A program made the translations under genes and the position numbers. Below are positions 30,508 to 39,745 of a stretch of DNA of 64,000 bases, in pieces. The stretch lies in IMG/VR virus record IMGVR_UViG_3300021255_002129; one strand, given 5' to 3'. The notes under the pieces are model-generated. The model saw nothing but the letters and a program-made list of their open reading frames with translations, made no database searches and was not told the DNA's origin. The stretch is from a virus (Duplodnaviria; Heunggongvirae; Uroviricota; Caudoviricetes). Position 1 is the first letter of the stretch. The number at the start of each line of letters is the position of its first letter.

Positions 30508-31261
30508 AGGTCAAGTTACAGTAGAAATTAATGACATGACAGAATTGGGAAAAGCATTAGCTCCTTATGAAGATATATACATTAGCTGTAGAGCAAAATA
30601 TTGTGATGGTGTAGCAGAACCTTTAAAAGAAATAAAAAAACCTAAAAAAGAATATAATACAAATGTAACAATTACTAATTTTAATATTGATTGAATGAAA
30701 ATTAAATCAGCATGTATGACTACTATTTCTAAACAAGCTGGAGATAAAGAGCCTTCAGATAACTGGAAAAAGAAATTATTATTAGCAGAGCACTCACCTA
30801 TTAGAAGAGGACAAATAAGTTGGAAATGGGATGAGATTCCTTATGCTATTTCAACTCACTTTGCTAGACATCACGAAGGATGTGAAAAATTTGTAGGAAC
30901 TTCAAGAGAAGATAGAACTGGTGTAGATAGAACAACTCGCTCTCAAATGGATTGTGTTCCTATGGAAATGGATGCTAATATACAAGCATTAATTAACATA
31001 TCTTGGCGTAGATTATGTACATGTGCAGATCCAACTACTAGAAAGTATTGGGAAGCAGTATTAGAAGCTATTAGAGAATATGATGAAAATATTTATTGGG
31101 CTTGTGTTCCTCAATGCATAAGATGCGGCGGATGTGTAGAATTTTCTAATTGTGGTTTCTATGACACATTAATGAAAGATAGTCAACCAGAAGAACAAAA
31201 AGTATTAAAATTAAGATACGATAAATACAATCAATTTAGAGATAAGAAAAATCATAGATAA
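30479..31261 (+). CDS. ThyX-like flavin-dependent thymidylate synthase (divergent), one in-frame TGA at 30692
   Basis: GTG start after GGAGGA. N-terminus 'MYKVEIQTT...CRAKYCDG' and 'LAEHSPIRR...THFARHHEG...TSRE' resemble ThyX. Track ORFs 30479..30694 and 30695..31261 are contiguous in one frame. Confidence 0.5.
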
Positions 31262-31294
31262 AAAATTTTTGGAGATAAAAGGAGAAAAAAGAGA

Positions 31295-32743
31295 ATGAAT
31301 TTAATATTATTAGGAATTATTATTGCAGTAATTATTTTAGTGAGCATATTAGTTGCTGTTAGTTATGTAAAATGCCCGCCCGACATGGTATTTTTAATCT
31401 CAGGTATTAAAAAAGAGCCTAGAGTTATTACAGGAAAGGCCGCATTTAGAATACCTTTCTTTGAAAGGATAGATAAAATACCTTTAAAATTAATTCAAAT
31501 AGATGTTAGAGCAAACAGAGTTCCAACAAATGATTTTATTAATGTTGATGTAGATGCAGTAGCAAATGTAAGAATTTCAACTAAAAATGAATTAATACAA
31601 ATTGCTGCAAAACATTTCTTAAATCAAACAACAAAAGATATTGCAACTAATGTTCAACAAATACTTGAAGGTAATATGCGTGAGATTATTGGACAAATGA
31701 TACTTACTGATTTAGTAAATAATAAACAATTATTCTCACAAAAAATACAAGAAAATGCAATAGATGATATTGAAAAATTAGGACTTGAAATTGTAAATTT
31801 AAATGTTCAAAATGTATCCGATGAAAATGGAGCTATTACAGATTTAGGAATTGATAATCTATCACAAATTAAGAAAAATGCTAAAATAGCAAAAGCTCAA
31901 GCTGATAAAGAAGTAAAAGTTGCTGAAGCGGCGGCAGATGAAGAAGGAGCTCGTGCACGTGCGGAAGCTGACGAAAAAATAGCAGAACAACAAAAAAATT
32001 TATCAATTAAAAAAGCCGAATACAAAATTGAACAGGATAAAAAACAAGCTGATGCAGATGCTGCATATGATATCCAAAAAGCAATACAACAAAAAACTAT
32101 TAACGAAAAACAAGTTGATGCTCAAATAACTAAAACTGAAAAATCAACTGAATTAAAACAAAAAGAAGTCGCTCTAAAAGAGCAAGAACTTGAAGCTGAA
32201 ATTAAAAAACAAGCAGATGCAGAAAAATACGCTGCAGAAATCCAAGCTGAAGTTGATAAAACTCGTGCTATAAAAGCTGCAGAAGCTAAAGCCCAAGCTC
32301 GTATTGCTGAAGCGGAAGCAGAAAAAGAAGCCAATATTAAAGAAGCTGAGGGAATTAAAGCAAAATTATTAGCAGAGGCCGAAGGTAAAAAAGCTATCCT
32401 TCAAGCTGAAGCAGAAGGTATTCGTGCTAAAGGTGTTGCAGAAGCTGAAGGTATTGAAAAGAAAGCTGAGGCTCAAAAGAAAATGGGTGAAGCGTCTATC
32501 GTTGAAATGATTATGAATGCCTTACCACAAGTTGCAAAAGAAGTATCTGCTCCATTAGCTAACGTAGATAATATTACAATGTATGGTGACCAATCAACTA
32601 AACTTATTGAAAATAATACACAAAAAATAGACCAAGTATTAAAAGTAGCTCAAGATAGTTTAGGATTAGACTTAAAGAGTCTTATAGCAGGGTTTGCCGC
32701 AAATAAAGTAATACAAGATAATAAAAAGAAAAGTGATGAATAA
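31295..32743 (+). CDS. SPFH/band-7 flotillin-like membrane protein
   Basis: N-terminal TM segment, an SPFH core ('KCPPDMVFLISGIKK...') and a long Ala/Glu/Lys-rich coiled coil typical of FloT/YuaG. Confidence 0.8.
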   Translation: MNLILLGIIIAVIILVSILVAVSYVKCPPDMVFLISGIKKEPRVITGKAAFRIPFFERIDKIPLKLIQIDVRANRVPTNDFINVDVDAVANVRISTKNELIQIAAKHFLNQTTKDIATNVQQILEGNMREIIGQMILTDLVNNKQLFSQKIQENAIDDIEKLGLEIVNLNVQNVSDENGAITDLGIDNLSQIKKNAKIAKAQADKEVKVAEAAADEEGARARAEADEKIAEQQKNLSIKKAEYKIEQDKKQADADAAYDIQKAIQQKTINEKQVDAQITKTEKSTELKQKEVALKEQELEAEIKKQADAEKYAAEIQAEVDKTRAIKAAEAKAQARIAEAEAEKEANIKEAEGIKAKLLAEAEGKKAILQAEAEGIRAKGVAEAEGIEKKAEAQKKMGEASIVEMIMNALPQVAKEVSAPLANVDNITMYGDQSTKLIENNTQKIDQVLKVAQDSLGLDLKSLIAGFAANKVIQDNKKKSDE

Positions 32744-32760
32744 TCACTTTTTTATTTTAT
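32728..32760 (+). terminator. rho-independent terminator overlapping the flotillin stop
   Basis: AAGTGAT-GAATA-ATCACTT followed by TTTTATTTTAT. Confidence 0.5.
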
Positions 32761-32767
32761 ATAAATT

Positions 32768-32796
32768 TTGACAGTTCTAGAATTTTATGATATAAT
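32768..32796 (+). promoter_or_regulatory. promoter TTGACA-N17-TATAAT (consensus)
   Basis: TTGACA at 32768-32773 and TGATATAAT ending at 32796. It drives the glycosylation cluster. Confidence 0.6.
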
Positions 32797-32823
32797 GTAA
32801 ATATAAAGAAAGAAGGCTTTACT

Positions 32824-33768
32824 ATGAATGATAAAATAGATATAGTAGTTACATACTTAAATGATCAAGACCAGCAGTGACAAGAAGAATTTAATAAATA
32901 TAAACAATATGAAGTTTCTAAAGGATGAATAAATCCCAATAGTATTCAAGCCTTCGGAGAAGAAAGAATAAGAAATTGAGATTTTACTCAGTATTGGTTT
33001 AGAGGAGTAGAAAAATGCTGCCCATGAGTTAATAAAATATTTTTTATAATTCAAAATGAACATCATATTCCAGAATGATTAAATACTACTAATCCAAAAA
33101 TTCGTATAGTATATCATAATGAGTTTATACCAAAAGAATTATTACCTACATTTAATCCTATGACTATTGGATTATATATTAATCAAATTAAAGATTTAAG
33201 CGATAATTATATTATGTGTGACGATGATTATTTCTTTTTAAATCCGATAGATGAAACTAAGTTTTTTATAAATAATAAACCTCAGCATGAAGATAACCAA
33301 GCTCCATATGGATACTTTTACGATGGTGATGAATTTTTACATATAATGAATAATTGCTTTGATTTTGAAAAAAAATATGACGATGGTAAAACAAAATATC
33401 ATTTTTATCATTTACCGACAGCAAGAAATAAAACATTAGAACAAAAAATTTTAAAAGATAATTATAATGATATATTAAATTCTCAAAGAGTTAGTAGATT
33501 TAGATACCCAACTAATTTAGATGCAAATATTTATTCTAATATTTTAAAATTAACTCACAATGCAGATATCCTACCAAAAGGTACTATCTATGGAAATAGT
33601 GCTTATGTTGCATTACAACCAAATATTGATTTTTATCAATATAAAGATAAAGAAATGGTTTGTTTCAATGACGTAGATTTAGTAACAGGGCATTTTGAAG
33701 AAATACAAAAATCTCTTATTGAATTTTTAAAATATAAATTCCCAAATAAGAGTTCGTTTGAGGTGTAA
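32824..33768 (+). CDS. Stealth-family (CR1-CR4) sugar-phosphate transferase; at least six in-frame TGA
   Basis: 'IDIVVTYLNDQDQQW' (CR1-like) and '[37 protein letters not shown]' (CR2-like). In frame with track ORF 33160..33768. Confidence 0.6.
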
Positions 33769-33770
33769 AA

Positions 33771-34565
33771 ATGAAAGAAAAATTTTTTAGTGTTATAATT
33801 CCTAATTACAATAATTCAACATATTTAGAAAAATGTTTAAAATCAGTATTAAATCAAACTTTTACTAATTATGAATTAATTGTAATAGATGATGTTTCAA
33901 CAGATAATAGTGTTGAAATAATTAAAAATATTTTTAATGAATACAAAGATAAAGATACAAAATTAATTGAATTAAAAGAAAAAGCTTGAAATGGCGGTAG
34001 CCGCAATATTGGTATTAAACAAGCTACCGGAAAATATTTTCTATTTTTAGATAGCGACGATTGATTTATGAATAATACTATATTCCAACAAGTCTATGAT
34101 TTTATCATAAGTAAAAATAACCCAGAATTAATTAGACTTTCTTTTGATATATTAACAAAAGATAATTGGCAATTTACAGTATGACTAGATGAAAAAGATT
34201 TAGATGAATTAGCAAATACTTGTTATGTAGCTTCTTGAATAAAATGCATTAGAGCAGATAAAATGATACCCTTTGAAGAAGATACATTAATGGAAGATGC
34301 AATTCAACATATTAAACAAATTGATGTCTTAACTAATTTTGAAGTTTTAAAAATATCCGCCGTATGTCATAATACTCAAAATCCAAATCAATGTAGCTCA
34401 CAAGAAAATAAAAAATTACAAGATGCTAAATGAGAAAAATCAATGCATAAATTTTATCAAAGTTTATTAGATTTAAAATGTAATCACGACTATTGTGAAA
34501 AAAGAAGATTATGAAAAATAGAAGAAGCAAAAGGCCATATTGAAAGAGGAGAGGCTTGACAATAA
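33771..34565 (+). CDS. family 2 glycosyltransferase (GT-A); about seven in-frame TGA
   Basis: 'FSVIIPNYNNSTYLEKCLKSVLNQT...IVIDDVSTD' followed by 'FLDSDD'. Confidence 0.7.
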
Positions 34566-35140
34566 TGAAATTATCAATAATAACACCATATTATAATTGT
34601 CTAAACTATCTTCAAAACTTAGTAAAGGTTTTAGAACCACAATTAACCAATGAAGTCGAATGAATTATTATTGATGATGGCTGCCATGAACAAGAACTTG
34701 ATAAAATTAAAGCAACTATAATACATTTATTAAATAATAGCGGATGTGCAGGAGTCCCTCGCAATTATGGATTAGATATTGCAAAAGGAGATTATATAAC
34801 TTTCGTTGATGCAGATGATTTAGTTTCTAAAGATTTTGTATCTAAAATAATAAATAAAATAAATTTAACAACATTTGATTATTGTTTAATGAGTTGAGAA
34901 AAAATAGATAAATCATTTTATGTAGACGTAACAACTGGAAGACCAGATTGAAACTGTAGTGTGTGAGGTATTATATATAACAAAAATAATTTAAAAAATG
35001 TGCGTTTTAATAATAAAAAATTTGCAGAAGATTATGATTTTAATCAAATAGCATTAAAAGGAAAAGAAGAGAGAATACTTGATTACTTATATTTTTATAA
35101 TAGCAATGAAAATGGACTATCTGCAAATTGGGAAGGATAG
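34565..35140 (+). CDS. family 2 glycosyltransferase (GT-A); four in-frame TGA
   Basis: 'LSIITPYYNC...IIIDDGC...FVDADD'. The ATG overlaps the preceding TAA. Confidence 0.7.
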
Positions 35141-35143
35141 AGT

Positions 35144-36256
35144 ATGGAAAATCAAGAACAATTTTATACAAATATATTCTATTTTGATAGAATAAATAAA
35201 ATAGGCGGAGTTGAGACTTTCTTTTACGAAATAGCAAAAAAATATTGTAATAATGATATTACTGTATTTTATTCTTTTGGAGATTTAAAACAAATCCAAA
35301 GATTAAAAAAGCTTATAAGAGTAGTTAAATACACAGGACAAAAAATAAAATGTAAAAAAGCATTTTTCAATTACAGTTTAAAGCCTATCGACAATATACA
35401 GGCGGAAAAATATTATGAAATTATCCATGCTAATTATAAAGATTTAGGTATTTATCCTAATGTTAGTCCAAAAATAGATGAATATATTGGAGTTAGTCAA
35501 TCTGTATGCAATGCATTTACAGAATTAACTGGTTTACCTTGCACGCTATGTTATAACCCAATTACAATAGATAAGCCTAAAAGAGTATTATATCTTATTT
35601 CTGCAACTAGATTAACAAGAGAAAAAGGAAAAGATAGAATATTAAAACTTGCAAAAGCATTAGATGATGCGAAAATCCCCTATGTTTGAACTATATTTAC
35701 AAATGATACTAAAGAGATAAAACATCCCAGAATAATCTTTATGGAGCCACAATTAAATATTAGAGATTATATCGCTAAATCAGATTATACTGTTCAATTA
35801 AGTGATACAGAAGCTTATTGTTACACGATGATTGAAAGTTTATTATTAAACGTCCCTATTATTGTAACTCCATGAAAATGTTTAAAAGAGTTAAATATAA
35901 CAGAAGAATATGGATTTATATTACCTTTTGATATGGAAGATATTCCTGTAAAAGATATTTATAATAAAGAATTTAATTTTAAATATAAATTAATTCCAGA
36001 TACTTGAAATAAAATAATTGAACCAAGCAAATCTACTTATCAAGAAGAATTAAATGCCAAATATATTGTAGAAGCATTAAAAACATATCAAGATAGAAAT
36101 TTCAAAGATGTTCAATTAGGAATTATTCCTAGTCCTGGTTCTAGATGGACGGTTACAAAAGATAGATTGGATTTATTGTTAGGAGAAAATGAAAATCAAG
36201 AGGCTTATGTAAAATTAATTGACATAGTTAAAGATGATAAAGGAGATGATATATAA
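35144..36256 (+). CDS. GT-B fold (GT1/GT4-like) glycosyltransferase; three in-frame TGA
   Basis: 'GGVETFFYEIAKK', 'ISATRLTREKGKDRIL' and an E-X7-E-like 'ESLLLNVPIIVTP' motif. Confidence 0.65.
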
Positions 36257-36762
36257 TGAATATCTTATCATTAGACCTTTCAACCAAATCAAGCGGCTGA
36301 GCTTATTTTGAAGATGGAGAACTTAAAGATCATGGATGCATTACATCTGCATCTACTGATTTAATTAAAAGAATATATATTATGAGAGATGGGATTGCGG
36401 AAATCCTTGATAAATATGCTGTAACCAAGATTGTTGTAGAAGAAGTTAGACCTGAAGGTGGTTACGGAGTAGGCAATACAAAAACTCATCGAGCTTTAAT
36501 GTGACTTCAGGCAGCAACCGCATTTTTAATTCATGATAATTACCCTTCTATTGAAATAGAATATATATATCCAAGTTCATGACGTGCAGCTTTAGGTATT
36601 AAAAATGGTCGCGGAATAAAGAGGACATCATTAAAAGAGCAAGATATACAATATGTTCAAGATAAATATAATATAAATGTAAATGATGATGAAGCAGATG
36701 CAATATGCATAGGTTTATCACAATATAAAGAAAAAGATGATAATGAAATAAATTGAGCATAA
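36256..36762 (+). CDS. RuvC-like Holliday-junction resolvase; three in-frame TGA
   Basis: 'LSLDLSTKSSGWAYF' (RuvC motif I-like) and 'DDEADAICIG' (catalytic Asp pair). It is the last gene before the convergent terminator. Confidence 0.7.
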
Positions 36763-36801
36763 AAAAAAAGAGGTGGATTAATTTCCACCTCTTTTTTATT
36801 T
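36762..36801. terminator. bidirectional rho-independent terminator at the early/late convergence point
   Basis: A7-AGAGGTGGA-TTAATT-TCCACCTCT-T6ATTTTTATT: a perfect 9-bp stem flanked by an A-tract and a T-tract. Confidence 0.8.
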
Positions 36802-36804
36802 TTA

Positions 36805-37380
36805 TTATAATTCAGCTACAGTTTTTACATTAGTTAAATTAGAAAATTTACTTGTTATCCATCTTTTTGCATTATCATCTGCAACAATTATTTTACAATC
36901 ACTAGGTACGCTATTAAACATTCCAGTATATGAAGTAACATTACCAAAATTAAAATTGCGAATATCTAATAATGTTAATCTTTCACAATTTGCAAACATA
37001 TAGCTCATATCCGTAACCCTATTAGTATTAAAATTACTTAAATCTAAATTAATAATATGATTACAAGCATAGAACATATATCTCATATTATTAACATTTT
37101 CTGTATTAAAAGTACTTACATTTAAACTTGCTAAAACATCACAGTAATAAAACATTTGTGCCATAGTTGTCATTTTAGAAGTATCTAATGCAGCCAATTC
37201 AGGATTTAAGTCTCCTCCCTTATATTCCCTAAAAGATATAAATCTTGGAGAGTATGTAGTAGTAATACTATCAATAGCTTCACTCATATCTTCTGGTTTA
37301 TATTTAGTTGTATTTCCTTTTTTGCCACGAATACTATTTGCAATATTAGTTAAGTATTCTTTAGTTACTAATACTTTCAT
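36805..37380 (-). CDS. DUF285 (BspA/'Mycoplasma-type') repeat protein
   Basis: Tandem ~25-aa repeats such as 'NFNTNRVTDMSYMFANC' and 'NMRYMFYACNHIINLDLSNF' are characteristic of PF03382. Confidence 0.6.
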   Translation of the reverse strand: MKVLVTKEYLTNIANSIRGKKGNTTKYKPEDMSEAIDSITTTYSPRFISFREYKGGDLNPELAALDTSKMTTMAQMFYYCDVLASLNVSTFNTENVNNMRYMFYACNHIINLDLSNFNTNRVTDMSYMFANCERLTLLDIRNFNFGNVTSYTGMFNSVPSDCKIIVADDNAKRWITSKFSNLTNVKTVAEL

Positions 37381-37919
37381 TAAAATTCCACCTCGTCTCC
37401 ATCGATAATTGAATTAATTGCTGCCTCGATTGCCGCTTTCATTTCACTAGTAGTAGGATAATTTGATAAATCAACAGTTTGTGTTCCTAATTTTTCCCAT
37501 TGAGTTGTATATATATATTCATCATATAAATTACTTGTTTCTCCACTATTATTAGGTACTAAATATACAGTAGTTGTACTTATATCTAAAACAGGTAACG
37601 TTTCTACAACAGCAATAGCAAATTTAGGGATAACACTAATCATATTATCTACTTCTGCTTTTGTATATCTGTCATCAATTTCTTCTCTTAATTCAGTATC
37701 ATCATATTCAACTGAGTCCCCTTTTGGACCTTTTAATATAGGAGAAGTATATACATTTCCATTAGTTAAAGTTATTATTAATTCATACTCCGCATTCATT
37801 GTGATTGATGCAATACCTACACCATCTTCACCTTTAGGACCAGCGACACCTAAGTTAGCAAGAGTTAAACCTTTAATTTTATTTCCTGTTTTTCCATTTA
37901 AATCTGCCATCCTACGCAT
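37380..37919 (-). CDS. hypothetical protein with short collagen-like G-X-Y stretches
   Basis: Contains 'GVAGPKGEDGVG' and 'GPKGDS'. Confidence 0.45.
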   Translation of the reverse strand: MRRMADLNGKTGNKIKGLTLANLGVAGPKGEDGVGIASITMNAEYELIITLTNGNVYTSPILKGPKGDSVEYDDTELREEIDDRYTKAEVDNMISVIPKFAIAVVETLPVLDISTTTVYLVPNNSGETSNLYDEYIYTTQWEKLGTQTVDLSNYPTTSEMKAAIEAAINSIIDGDEVEF

Positions 37920-38298
37920 CCTCCTTTATACTTTCTGGATATAGTTTAAAAATCTTTGGACCTTCATCATCATAACCTAAAAGCATTTGTGCGATTGATG
38001 AATCTGGATTTAATTCTATATCATACCAATAATCAGTTGGTTTGTTAATCACAGTTCCTATTTTTGAATCGAAGCTAGTTATAGAAATAGTTACTTCTTC
38101 AGTATCTTCTTCTACTATTGTATCAACAGACATTACAACCATATTTTCTTTGCCTTCTTTTGTAACATTTAATCTAACAACATCTCCTGCAACAAAAGTA
38201 TATGGTTCGCCTTCAGGTGTCAATGCACCAAAAGTAATAGAACCAGATTGACCTCTAGTTACTTTTAAAGTTGTGCCGTCTTCATCTATTATAAACAT
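37912..38298 (-). CDS. hypothetical protein (128 aa)
   Basis: RBS AAAGGAGGCTGG. A TATAAATA element lies upstream. Confidence 0.45.
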   Translation of the reverse strand: MFIIDEDGTTLKVTRGQSGSITFGALTPEGEPYTFVAGDVVRLNVTKEGKENMVVMSVDTIVEEDTEEVTISITSFDSKIGTVINKPTDYWYDIELNPDSSIAQMLLGYDDEGPKIFKLYPESIKEDA

Positions 38299-38369
38299 AA
38301 TATCCAGCCTCCTTTTGAATCTTCTATTTATAAATAAAAACTATCTTTTGTATATTTATTATTTTTACC

Positions 38370-38407
38370 CAAAAAAAAGAAAGCTACAACTAAATATGTT
38401 GTAGCTT
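38370..38407 (-). terminator. rho-independent terminator (minus strand) followed by a conserved TTTTGGGTAAA element
   Basis: AAGCTACAAC...GTTGTAGCTT hairpin, then a T-tract on the minus strand. Confidence 0.6.
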
Positions 38408-38704
38408 ATAGAACACTTTATTTGTTATATTAATTATTTCTTCGCCATAAGTAGCAATAATATCTGCAATTACTTCTTCCTGTTCAAGAGAAAGATAGAC
38501 ATTATAGGAGAACATTGCGGCATGCACTAACTCATGACAAATAACTTTCTTTAGCATACTTCCTTCTAAATTCTCTGCTAAATATATGGTTTTAGTATCT
38601 TTATCGCACATTCCTAATGTACGAACTCCATCCTCGCGGATAAGTATCTCATCTCAAGGATGAACGAATTTCACTCTCCATCCTATTCCATTAATTGTAA
38701 TCAT
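38390..38704 (-). CDS. ImmA/IrrE-family (DUF955) zinc metallopeptidase-like protein, one in-frame TGA
   Basis: HEXXH motif 'ICHELVHAAM' with upstream 'GWRVKFVHPW(TGA)DEI...IYLAENL'. It is extended 5' of track ORF 38390..38611 through the TGA to the ATG at 38702-38704. Confidence 0.55.
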
Positions 38705-39291
38705 TATTTAATTTTTTCTGCTAAAGTGCTTAATTTTTGAGAAAGAATTTCTTTTTCTTCTGGAGTGGCATCATTAATCATTTCCATCATATCTCCGCTT
38801 AATTCTTTCATATATTTTTCTAATTCCATCATTTGTTTTTCTTTTCCTTCATGCATTTCTTTAGATTCCATATACATACGTCTTGAATTGCCACTTCTAC
38901 CTTCGCGGTAATCTCTTAATTCTCTAGGATATACATTTCCATAGTCACGCATTCCGCGGCTATATGCATCTCCATAGTAATAAGGTTCAGGATAATAATA
39001 TCTACCATCTGAATATCCTCTTCCATTACCACGAGCGTTATTTCCCACAGAACCACTTGACATATCTCCACCATTATAATACATAACTGGATAATACATC
39101 ATATTACGAGTTGGTTCTTTTTCTTTATCTTCCATTGCTTCTACGACAGTGCAATAATAAATAGTTTCCTCCAAGTCTTTAATCATATCAACAACTTCGC
39201 CTAATTCTTCAGCATTAGTTTTTGATAAATCTCCCATTTGGCTTTCTACACAAGACATTAGTCTTTCTTTCATTGCTTTTAATCTCTCCAT
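38704..39291 (-). CDS. hypothetical Tyr/Gly/Arg-rich intrinsically disordered protein
   Basis: Low-complexity core 'YYPVMYYNGGDMSSG...RGNGRGYSDGRYYYPEPYYYGDAYSRGMRDYG' flanked by helical Met/Glu/Lys-rich ends. Confidence 0.45.
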   Translation of the reverse strand: MERLKAMKERLMSCVESQMGDLSKTNAEELGEVVDMIKDLEETIYYCTVVEAMEDKEKEPTRNMMYYPVMYYNGGDMSSGSVGNNARGNGRGYSDGRYYYPEPYYYGDAYSRGMRDYGNVYPRELRDYREGRSGNSRRMYMESKEMHEGKEKQMMELEKYMKELSGDMMEMINDATPEEKEILSQKLSTLAEKIK

Positions 39292-39292
39292 A

Positions 39293-39718
39293 TTACGCCA
39301 CCCTTTCCACGATTAAATTAGCGTTTTCCACTAATATATCGTCTGCACTTGTATTTTCTACACTAACTTGAGCGCAACATCCTGCAGGAACATCAATATT
39401 AACATCTCTGCTTACATTGAAAAATTCTTCTACTGCAGCTGGAGTAACTATCATTTTTGTACTAGCAACAGGTTCTCCATCAATAGCAATAGCTACTGAA
39501 ATTGCATCTACAGTTCCTCCTGTTGGTATAGCGATATTACCTCCAAAAGACACTTTAAATCTTGCACGAGGTTGGCAGCAAGTTAGTCCTCTTAAAGAAA
39601 CTAACCCACTTCCATCTCTATGCATTATGGAGTTATTACCACGCACTGGGGTATCTGTAAATAAAATAACTTGATTTGGTTCAACTGTTTGTTGAGCCAC
39701 AGCTGTAAATTCTGCCAT
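39293..39718 (-). CDS. hypothetical protein, possibly a TNF/C1q-like beta-sandwich, with paired Cys-Cys motifs
   Basis: 'LRGLTCCQPRARFKVSFGG' and 'PAGCCAQVSV'. The fold assignment is a guess. Confidence 0.4.
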   Translation of the reverse strand: MAEFTAVAQQTVEPNQVILFTDTPVRGNNSIMHRDGSGLVSLRGLTCCQPRARFKVSFGGNIAIPTGGTVDAISVAIAIDGEPVASTKMIVTPAAVEEFFNVSRDVNIDVPAGCCAQVSVENTSADDILVENANLIVERVA

Positions 39719-39745
39719 ATTTTTATTACCTCCATTTAATTAATT

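Noticed and set aside
16880-35237. Minus-strand ORFs inside plus-strand early genes (16880..17122, 17614..17886, 19263..19460, 21466..21684, 27095..27340, 32122..32334, 32857..33066, 35040..35237)
   Set aside because: They are antisense to confidently called genes and have no start context. They are typical AT-rich spurious ORFs.
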